Shown here piece after piece: positions 15,886 to 22,946 of a stretch of DNA of 32,000 bases. Position 1 is the first letter of the stretch; each line of letters opens with the position of its first letter. The position numbers were made by a program, and so were the translations under genes. Under the pieces are notes generated by a model. The model searched no databases, was not told the origin of the DNA, and saw only the letters and a list, made by a program, of their open reading frames with translations. The stretch spans positions 1,290,001 to 1,322,000 of the forward strand of contig NZ_LNTB01000001.1 in NCBI RefSeq assembly GCF_001462395.1, given 5' to 3'. The stretch is from Pyrodictium occultum. Its GTDB lineage: Archaea > Thermoproteota > Thermoprotei_A > Sulfolobales > Pyrodictiaceae.

Positions 15886-17391
15886 TTGCCGACAGGCTCC
15901 GTGACGCCTGGCCCGCTGCTAGGCGGCGGCCCGGGCGAGCCTCTAGTGGTCCCCCTCGACGCGGAGAGCATACACTCGCTCATAAGCGACTTCAAGCGTG
16001 TGCTCTCCAGGATAGAACTTGTGGAGGAGGTCGGCGACGGGTACGTCGTTCTCCGTGTCCCCCGGCGCTTCGGCATCCTGAGGCTCGGCTCCAGGCCTAT
16101 GCGGCTGGACATGCACGTCTATAGGCTCGAGAACGCGCTGGTGGTCCTCCTGGGCCGCGGCGCCGACTCCCTGGTCCTGGTGGTAAGTATAGCTGATGTG
16201 GGCGAGGGCGTGCACATAGTTGTCAGCGGCGGTGGCAGCGGCAGGCTATCCCCGGCGGCGGGTAGCCTGGTTAGGGGCGTGAGGGAGGCTATAGCGGGTG
16301 TAGTCGAGGAGGCCTGGCCCACGGTGAGCCTCTCCGGCGCCGACGACGAGCTGGCCGCTGCGGGCGTGCAGGACGCGGCGCTGGTGTTCTATGACAGCTT
16401 CACCCCCGTGAAGAACGTGCTCGTCGAGGCGGCGTACCGTGTCATAGCCGCCCTGGGCCCCGGCGAGTACCTGGCGGAGATACAGGGTATGCTCCACGAG
16501 TACTACTACCTCGCCCGCCTGGTCATCCGCGGCCGCAGCGTGACCGGCGTCTACGCCGAGATGGACGGGCACAGCGTCCGGGGCGAGGACGCGCTGAAGA
16601 CCGCGTGGAAGCCCCCAAGCCACCGCGTCCGCCTACTCGCCTGGGCCCTCGGAGGCCAGCGCCATAGGGTGAGGGTCAACGCCCCCCAGCCGGTCTACGA
16701 GGAGGGGCGGCACGCGGTCTACAGGCTGTGGCCCGGCGGGCGCCCCGAGTACGGCGGGCTGACAGTCTCCACGTACATCGTAGGCGACGGCTACGAGTAC
16801 GCCGTGGTGGACCCGGCGGGGCCCGCGGAGTGGAGCCAGGCTGTACGCGGCCTCGTCGGCGACATGGAGCAGCTGCGCCTCATAGTGGCCGGGGATGCGA
16901 GCGCATCCACCTACCCCCTGCTTAGGGAGCTCTACGCCGCCTCCCCCGCCCAGGTGCTGGCCCCGCCCTACGCCTGGGCCCAGCTAGCAGGCCTCCTAGA
17001 CCAGCCGGACCGCGTGTCGGCCGTACCCCTAACCGGGGGCCGCGTCAGGCTGGGGCGGAGCGAGCTACACGTAATACCGGCCAGCTGCTGCGGCGGCATG
17101 CTGTCCCTCTACGACCAGGCCTCGAGGACGCTCTTCACAGGCCCCGTGCTGGGCTTCCTGCTTCCACCCGGCCTGCCCTACGCCGGGGACCCCGTGCTCC
17201 GGCGTGCCCTCCGCGCCTACCTGCGGAGCACGCTCACGCCCCAGGCCCTGGGCCGCTGGCTGAAGACGGTCCAGGGCCTGGAGGTTGAGAGGCTGGCCCC
17301 GCGCTACGGCCCCCTCGTTGAAGGAGTGGAGCGTGTAAAGTCGCTGCTCGGCGAGGCGGCGGAGCTCGTGGCGGAGGGTGAGGCGGAGTGA
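15886..17391 (+). CDS. Multidomain hypothetical: N-terminal domain paralogous to that of the 20104 gene, central PATAN/DUF4388-like module, C-terminal degenerate metallo-beta-lactamase-fold (flavodiiron/ODP-like) domain
   Basis: The central segment LARLVIRGRSVTGVYAEMDGHSVRGEDALKTAW resembles the DUF4388 core. The C-terminal blocks YAVVDPAGP...LRLIVAGDASASTYPLL...LHVIPASCCGGMLSLYDQASRTLFTGPVLG...LAPRYGPL follow MBL block order, but HxHxDH is replaced. The start is uncertain (TTG 15886, GTG 15901 or GTG 15943). Confidence 0.7.
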   Translation: MPTGSVTPGPLLGGGPGEPLVVPLDAESIHSLISDFKRVLSRIELVEEVGDGYVVLRVPRRFGILRLGSRPMRLDMHVYRLENALVVLLGRGADSLVLVVSIADVGEGVHIVVSGGGSGRLSPAAGSLVRGVREAIAGVVEEAWPTVSLSGADDELAAAGVQDAALVFYDSFTPVKNVLVEAAYRVIAALGPGEYLAEIQGMLHEYYYLARLVIRGRSVTGVYAEMDGHSVRGEDALKTAWKPPSHRVRLLAWALGGQRHRVRVNAPQPVYEEGRHAVYRLWPGGRPEYGGLTVSTYIVGDGYEYAVVDPAGPAEWSQAVRGLVGDMEQLRLIVAGDASASTYPLLRELYAASPAQVLAPPYAWAQLAGLLDQPDRVSAVPLTGGRVRLGRSELHVIPASCCGGMLSLYDQASRTLFTGPVLGFLLPPGLPYAGDPVLRRALRAYLRSTLTPQALGRWLKTVQGLEVERLAPRYGPLVEGVERVKSLLGEAAELVAEGEAE

Positions 17392-17966
17392 AGGGCCCGT
17401 ACCTTGACCTCCGGGGATACCGTGGCTTCATCCCCTACAGGGAGCTGGAGAGGAGCATGGAGGGTGTGAGGGAGCTGCGGCTCGCGGTAGACCCCGAGGC
17501 GGTGCCCCTCGTGGAGGCGTGGGCCCGGCTCCAGGGGCTCCAGGCGAGCCTGGCGGAGGACGGTACCCTGCGGCTGGCCAGGAGAGGTGACAAGCAGGGC
17601 GGCGCCAAGGAGAAGGTGGAGCGGGAGGCTGCTGCCCCGCCGCTCTGGGTCGACCATGGCTCCTGGGACAGCGAGCTCTCGAAGCGCCTATCTGATGCGG
17701 GCTACATAGTCAACACCGTCATCCAGGCCCCCGTCCTCTACCGGGGCCACCCCTCCGGCTTCAACTACGATAGGCTCCGGGGCCGCTCGGCCCTGCTCCG
17801 TGTAACCATGCCAGACAGCGACTACTTTCTGGCCGTTCGCGGCGGCAGGGTGGTGGCGGCCGCCCAGCTGGGGAAGCCCCTGAGCCCCCGCCAGGCGGAG
17901 ACGCTGCTGGCCACGCTCCAGTCCAGCTCGGAGGCCCTCCTAACGGTCTACAATACATCCGTCTAG
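17388..17966 (+). CDS. Hypothetical: Cys-less TusA/SirA-like N-terminal domain + PATAN/DUF4388-like C-terminal module (by eye)
   Basis: The GTG start overlaps the upstream stop (GTGA). The N-terminus, LDLRGYRGFIPYRELERSMEGVRELRLAVDPEAVPLVEAWARLQG, parallels TusA LDxRGxxCPxP...D. The C-terminus has DYFLAVRGGRVVAAAQLGKPLSPRQAETLLATL. Confidence 0.65.
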   Translation: MKGPYLDLRGYRGFIPYRELERSMEGVRELRLAVDPEAVPLVEAWARLQGLQASLAEDGTLRLARRGDKQGGAKEKVEREAAAPPLWVDHGSWDSELSKRLSDAGYIVNTVIQAPVLYRGHPSGFNYDRLRGRSALLRVTMPDSDYFLAVRGGRVVAAAQLGKPLSPRQAETLLATLQSSSEALLTVYNTSV

Positions 17967-18069
17967 CGTGACGGCACGGAGCCCCTAGGCGCCTCCAGCT
18001 GCCTCCGCAGCCCCCCGGGCTGCCCGTAGGGGCCTCTCCCCGGCTCCAGGGCTTCTAGTGGACATAGGC

Positions 18070-18075
18070 TTTTAT
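18070..18075 (+). promoter_or_regulatory. TATA box giving a leaderless-type transcript for the beta-propeller gene
   Basis: TTTTAT is centred about 26-27 nt upstream of ATG 18099. Confidence 0.6.
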
Positions 18076-18098
18076 CCTACGGAACTTCCGCCTGCTGC

Positions 18099-19955
18099 AT
18101 GGTGACGCTGGTGGCCCTCGCCAGGACGCTCCTGCTGCTCGCCATCCTGGCCGCGGCGCTCTATCTCCTCAAGCCCGTCCACGCCGCGGAGGCCGGGTCT
18201 AGCACCCCCCAGCCCTCGTGGAGCGTCATCCTGGGATACAGCGTCACCAGGCTAGCCTGGAACACCTCTAGCGACCACTTGTTAGTGGGCACTAGCGGCG
18301 GCGCCGTCCTGCTCGACCGGTCCGGCCACAAGGTGTGGGGGCTGCTGCCCAAGGAGCCGGTCTACGACGTGGCGTTCTCCCCCGACGGGAGGCTTGTGGC
18401 AGTGGCCGCTGGGAGGATATGGCACTACGTATACGTGCTCGACGCTGCCACCGGGAGGGAGGCCGCGAGGATATTCAGCATATGGGGCGACCTGGCGAGC
18501 GTCTGCTGGGTCTCCACCGGCTTCCTCGTCGCGGGGGAGTCGGGGAGGCCGAGGCTCCACCTCTACAAGCTGGTCCAGGGGCCGACGGGGTCCCTGGAGC
18601 CGCGCAGCCTGGCGGTGATAAGCCTAGGGGATGGGGACTATGGCGGCGTGGCCTCCATAGCCTGCATACCCGGGAAGGAGCAGGTGGTTGTAGGCATGCG
18701 CAACGGCTACATAGCCCTCGTCTCCCTCATTTCCGGCAAGCCCGTCTGGGTGTCGCCCAGCCTCGGGGGGCAGCTGGCCGGCATGGCTCTCGGCGGCGAT
18801 GTTGTGGCGGCAGCCGTCATCGACAAGAGCCACGGTGTCTCAAGGCTCTACCTGCTATCGCTCGCTAGAGGGGAGGTTATGGCCTCCTATAGCGTCGAGA
18901 CGCTTATCACCTCGATAGCGGTCACGGGCAACTACCTCATAGCGGGTGATCTAGGCGGCGACCTCTACCTCTTCCAGTACGGCCGAGGAGGCCTCGAGCT
19001 GGTAGACATAGACAGGGTCTCGCTTGCCCCGATAACAGCTATCGCGGTCAGCCCCGACGGCTCCCAGCTGGCCATAGGCGTGGAGAAGGGTGTCGTAGCC
19101 TCGTTCAACGCCGCCGACTTCATCTACGAGAGGCTTGCCAAGATAGTGTCTGGGGTGAGCACCGTCTACACCCTGATCAGCGTAGCCATTGATGATAGGC
19201 CCGTGGTGTTGTTCAGGACTGTCATAGACCTGCCGTCCGTGCTTTCGCTGAACGTGGGCAGCTATAATGTATCCTTCGACGCGGTCCTGGAGCAGGTTAG
19301 GCTGCCCTGCAACGTCGTGCTTGAGGTGAACGTGGTGGAGCTGAAGGAAATGGACACCAATATGACTGTAGCAACTATGCTGCTCGACAAGCCTCTAGAG
19401 ATATCCTGCCACGGCATAAAATACGGCTACCAGGAGTCTAATGTGAGCGTCCATGGCCGGGCGGTGCTAGCCCTCTCCGAGACCAGTAGCCTGCGGCTCC
19501 TCGGCGACAGGGAGCATGTACTGGTTAGGCTGCAGGCAGCGCCCTACATCGCGGTGTACTACGGGGGCCGGCCCGGCAGGCTGGCCTCCGAGATAAGGGT
19601 GGATAACCTGGTCCCGGCCACAGTCATACTAGCCAAGTACTTCAGCCGCATCCAGGGCCTAGTGGCGCCGGCCCCCGGAGCAGCTACAAGGACGGTAACA
19701 ACCACTGTCACCACTACCGTGACGAGGACGGTGACCACGACCCCGGCTGGAGCCTGCGGGGGTGCAGCCACGCCTCCGGCCAGCTCGGCCTCCAGGGGGC
19801 CCGCGGCCAGCGCGGCCACCAGCGCCGCCGGGGGAGCCTGGTCCGGCAGCAGGCTGGCCGCGGCAGGGATCGTGGCGGCCCTGACGGCTATAGGCCTTCT
19901 CATGCTCGTAGCGGGTCATAGGAGGAGGGGCGGCAGGAGAGGCGGCGCCGCTTAG
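18099..19955 (+). CDS. Surface beta-propeller (WD40/YVTN-like) protein with signal peptide, Thr-rich stalk and C-terminal transmembrane anchor
   Basis: N-terminal signal LLLLAILAAALYLLKPVHA. Repeats such as VYDVAFSPDGRLVAVAAG and ITAIAVSPDGSQLAIG. Sequons NTS, NVS, NMT, NVS. Stalk TRTVTTTVTTTVTRTVTTT. TM helix LAAAGIVAALTAIGLLMLVAG followed by the basic tail HRRRGGRRGG. Confidence 0.85.
   Translation: MVTLVALARTLLLLAILAAALYLLKPVHAAEAGSSTPQPSWSVILGYSVTRLAWNTSSDHLLVGTSGGAVLLDRSGHKVWGLLPKEPVYDVAFSPDGRLVAVAAGRIWHYVYVLDAATGREAARIFSIWGDLASVCWVSTGFLVAGESGRPRLHLYKLVQGPTGSLEPRSLAVISLGDGDYGGVASIACIPGKEQVVVGMRNGYIALVSLISGKPVWVSPSLGGQLAGMALGGDVVAAAVIDKSHGVSRLYLLSLARGEVMASYSVETLITSIAVTGNYLIAGDLGGDLYLFQYGRGGLELVDIDRVSLAPITAIAVSPDGSQLAIGVEKGVVASFNAADFIYERLAKIVSGVSTVYTLISVAIDDRPVVLFRTVIDLPSVLSLNVGSYNVSFDAVLEQVRLPCNVVLEVNVVELKEMDTNMTVATMLLDKPLEISCHGIKYGYQESNVSVHGRAVLALSETSSLRLLGDREHVLVRLQAAPYIAVYYGGRPGRLASEIRVDNLVPATVILAKYFSRIQGLVAPAPGAATRTVTTTVTTTVTRTVTTTPAGACGGAATPPASSASRGPAASAATSAAGGAWSGSRLAAAGIVAALTAIGLLMLVAGHRRRGGRRGGAA
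19686..19742 (+). repeat. Thr/Val codon low-complexity tract (stalk/linker) inside the beta-propeller gene
   Basis: aca agg acg gta aca acc act gtc acc act acc gtg acg agg acg gtg acc acg acc encodes TRTVTTTVTTTVTRTVTTT. Confidence 0.8.
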
Positions 19956-20103
19956 GCTTTTCGGAGGCCGGTCCGTGTCCGCCCCTACATTCCTCTACGC
20001 GCCTGGCAGCGCCATGGCTCGCTGCGGCGGCCCCGCGCCATGGGCGACGCGTATTTAGTGTCGGCACGGCCCTGGAGGGATTGAGAGGGCGGGGTTATAG
20101 ACC

Positions 20104-20889
20104 TTGGCCCCTGTTAAGAGGAGCGCGGTGCTCGACGTAGCCGCCCCCTGCGACCGGGTTATACGGCTGCTATCCTCCCGCGACCCCTCCTCCTTCCTGG
20201 CGGGCGCGGCCAGGCTCAGCGGCCAGGGAGAGAAGCGCGGCGTGAAGGTGCTTACCTTCGCCTCCGCCAGGTACGGCAGCCTGCGGGTGGAGGCCGAGGA
20301 GAGGGTCGAGGCTGACCGCCTGGAGCTGCTCCTCCGGGGCGACCTCCACGGCTCCGTGCGGGTTGTCGGGGTCAGCAAGGGCAGCGGGTGCCGCCTCTAC
20401 CTCGAGGCTGAGGGGGAGGGTAAGCTCGTCGAGGAGTACGGCGGTGACGCCCTCTCGCGCGTAATAAACCGTATAATGGTCACGCTGGTCAGCGTGTTCC
20501 CCGCCACTCTGCAGCCCCGGGTCTCCGGGGGCAGGCTCGGGGACTACTTCATCGAGCTCCTGGAGCTCATAAACCTCGCCCAGGGGGGTAGCGCGAGGAT
20601 CCAGGGCAGGCTACGCAGTATAGCAGTGGACCTCAGCCGCGGGGTCGTGATAAACTCGGAGGGGCTGGGCGAGGAGGAGGCTAGCACGATAGCGAGGGCC
20701 CTCTCCGACGCCTACTCTAGGCTTGTTGAGGCCCTGGGTATTCTCGGTGATGGCGAGGTTTCACGCCTCGTAGTATCGGGTGACAAAAGCCTTATAGTGG
20801 CCAATGTAGCGGGTAAAATATCTGTGGCCACCGTGCTGCAGCAGGGTGGCGGAGAGGAGGCCGGCGCCTCCGGCTCCGGGGCGTCGTAG
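20104..20889 (+). CDS. Hypothetical: N-terminal domain paralogous to the 15886 N-terminus (possibly SRPBCC-like) + C-terminal Roadblock/LC7-like domain
   Basis: The C-terminus, IAVDLSRGVVINSEGLGEEEASTIARALSDAYSRLVEALGILGDGEVSRLVVSGDKSLIVANVAGKISVATVL, fits the Roadblock pattern. The N-terminus, VLDVAAPCDRVIRLL...LRVEAEERVEADRLELLLRGDLHGSVRVVGVS, parallels the 15886 product. TTG start. Confidence 0.7.
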   Translation: MAPVKRSAVLDVAAPCDRVIRLLSSRDPSSFLAGAARLSGQGEKRGVKVLTFASARYGSLRVEAEERVEADRLELLLRGDLHGSVRVVGVSKGSGCRLYLEAEGEGKLVEEYGGDALSRVINRIMVTLVSVFPATLQPRVSGGRLGDYFIELLELINLAQGGSARIQGRLRSIAVDLSRGVVINSEGLGEEEASTIARALSDAYSRLVEALGILGDGEVSRLVVSGDKSLIVANVAGKISVATVLQQGGGEEAGASGSGAS

Positions 20890-20895
20890 AGGCTG

Positions 20896-21723
20896 ATGCC
20901 CCAGTCTCCCAGCCGCCCTTGGAGGCTGATGAGCTTGTCAAAGCCGTTTGTTATGAGGCTGCTGCGTAGGCGCCCGCTCAGCTACACTGTCCTAGTCCTC
21001 TTCATACTAGACCGCTCCCTGAGCATGATGGAGCCCAAGACCTATGACTACCGCGGCAAGTGGTTCCACCTAGTGGACCTGGTTGAGGCTCTCCTACGCA
21101 GGCTGGGCCGCAGCAGGATGGCCCCCGCCTTCCGGGTCGGCTTCGTCTGGTTCAGCGACGACGTCGAGGTGGTTGAGTGGAACGGCGAGGTCTACTTCCC
21201 CGTCGCCCCGAGGAACGTGGCGCTCGACGTGTTCCGTAAGAGTGCGGAGAGGAACCGGCCCTACGGCATGACCGCCATGGCTGACGCGCTGGAGGCGGCG
21301 GCGTCCGTGGTCGAGCGGTATGTGGACCAGTTGACGCTGCCGCCGGAGAAGTATGGGACTCTCTTCCTCTTCACCGACGGCAGGGAGACCAGGAGAACGG
21401 TGGACGACGTGGTGGTGGCAGCGGAGAAGATAACCATGGAGCTGGCGGAGAGGATGAAGAAGCTCAACGAGAGGAACCGTATAGGCCTCGCAACCATAGC
21501 CCTCGGCCAGGACGCCGACAGGGAGACGCTGAGGGATATAGCGAGCTTCCTGCGTGAGGCGCAGCGCCGTGTCCTCGAGGACCGGGGGCTCCTGGACCTG
21601 GTGGACCCGCCCTACCACGAGAAGATGTTCATAGACGCGCCCGCCGATGACCGTATAACGCGCGAGTGGGAGGAGGCTGTGAGGAGGTTCGTGGAGAGGC
21701 TGAGCGAGACGGCTACGGTCTAG
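20896..21723 (+). CDS. von Willebrand factor type A (vWA) domain protein with intact MIDAS
   Basis: MIDAS elements are LDRSLSM (DxSxS), GMTAMADAL (Thr) and LFLFTDGRE (Asp). There is no signal peptide. It starts 6 nt after the upstream gene. Confidence 0.85.
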   Translation: MPQSPSRPWRLMSLSKPFVMRLLRRRPLSYTVLVLFILDRSLSMMEPKTYDYRGKWFHLVDLVEALLRRLGRSRMAPAFRVGFVWFSDDVEVVEWNGEVYFPVAPRNVALDVFRKSAERNRPYGMTAMADALEAAASVVERYVDQLTLPPEKYGTLFLFTDGRETRRTVDDVVVAAEKITMELAERMKKLNERNRIGLATIALGQDADRETLRDIASFLREAQRRVLEDRGLLDLVDPPYHEKMFIDAPADDRITREWEEAVRRFVERLSETATV

Positions 21724-21733
21724 GCCTTCTAGG

Positions 21734-22789
21734 GTGTCAGCCCCCATGGCTAGGCTCAGCCTGGTTTTCCACAGCGGCTTCGTGGTGTCCACTGATAGCG
21801 ATGAGTGGGAGCTGCTCGATAGCGGCGGCGAGGCCGACATATACCGGGCTAGGCTCCGGGGCGGGCAGAGCTACATAGTCAAGCTGTATACGCCCAAGTA
21901 CACGGGGCTCGCCCGGCCGGTGGAGCGCATCGCTGAGATGCTTAGGAGGCTCACTAGGCTCCGCAGGAGGTGTGGGGGGTCGATACCCGAGAGCCTCTGG
22001 GCCCGCGGCCTCCCCGTAGCCGTGGGAGCCCTCGAGGACAGGGCCGTGCTAGTGTTCCGGGAGGTGGAGGACTTCACTACGGTATCCGAGCTGGTGAACA
22101 ACCCGGAGCTGCTGGGGGAGTACCTCGAGAGGCACAGCCTGGAGGAGAGGAGGCGGTTCGCCCGCGAGGTGCTGCGGGGCCTCGCCTGCCTAGACGCGGC
22201 CGACATAGTCCATGTCGACGCTACGACGCCCAACGCGGCCTACGGCAGGGTCGGGGAGACTAGAGGGGTATTCCTCTACGACTACGAGACGGCGGGCATT
22301 ATAGGCTCCGAGGACTACCCCCTCACCGTTCTCCCCGCCCGCGACGCCAACCTCCTCCCCGTGGAGGTGCTGGCCGAGGCCGGGGTTGAGATACAGCCCC
22401 CGGACCCGGGCGAGCTGCCCATACCCCTCCAGCCCTCCCGGCTCCCCAGGCCCATCCTCTCCTGGATAGCCTGGACCCCGACCTGGTACGGCCTGCAGCT
22501 GGTGGCGCTGGTCTACAGCGGCCTCAGTCCCTTCCACGGCCTCCCCGTGCTGAGCAGCAGCTACTGGCTAGAGATAGTGGAGGCCGAGGCCGCGCAGGGC
22601 TACCCGGGCGGCTGGCCCCCGCTGAGCATGGTGGACCAGGGCTACCTGGACCAGACCGAGTACCTGGAGCTGAGCAAGCTGTGGAGAAGCCTTGGCGAGG
22701 ACGTGGTGGAGGCGATGTACCACGTCTTCATCGTCGACCCGGGCGAGCGGCGGGGCATGCCGAGCTACCCACTCTCGTCAATATTCTAG
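21734..22789 (+). CDS. Eukaryotic-like Ser/Thr protein kinase-like protein
   Basis: Gly-rich loop LLDSGGEADIY. IVKLY carries the catalytic Lys. Catalytic loop IVHVDATTPNAAY (HxDxxxxN). LYDYETAG sits in the DFG position. YGLQLVALVYSGLSPF resembles subdomain IX. It starts 10 nt after the vWA gene; alternative start ATG 21746. Confidence 0.8.
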   Translation: MSAPMARLSLVFHSGFVVSTDSDEWELLDSGGEADIYRARLRGGQSYIVKLYTPKYTGLARPVERIAEMLRRLTRLRRRCGGSIPESLWARGLPVAVGALEDRAVLVFREVEDFTTVSELVNNPELLGEYLERHSLEERRRFAREVLRGLACLDAADIVHVDATTPNAAYGRVGETRGVFLYDYETAGIIGSEDYPLTVLPARDANLLPVEVLAEAGVEIQPPDPGELPIPLQPSRLPRPILSWIAWTPTWYGLQLVALVYSGLSPFHGLPVLSSSYWLEIVEAEAAQGYPGGWPPLSMVDQGYLDQTEYLELSKLWRSLGEDVVEAMYHVFIVDPGERRGMPSYPLSSIF

Positions 22790-22946
22790 CCCCCGGGCGG
22801 CCCCGCAGCCTCTCATGGAGCTGCCGCCCCGCCCGCCAGGGGTAGAGATTAGTAGGACGGACCACAGTCAAGCCCATACTGTGGAGGGAGTCCCGCCCCG
22901 GCTGCCAATGAGGGAGGGCTGGCCGGTATAGGGGTGCCCTAGAGCC

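Noticed and set aside
15807-16124. 105-aa ORF starting at an ATG right after an AAGGAG-like motif
   Set aside because: The SD spacing is only about 2 nt. The product is Arg/Pro/Gly/Ala-rich nonsense, and the ORF overlaps the better-supported 15886-17391 frame. I could not exclude a frameshifted true N-terminus.
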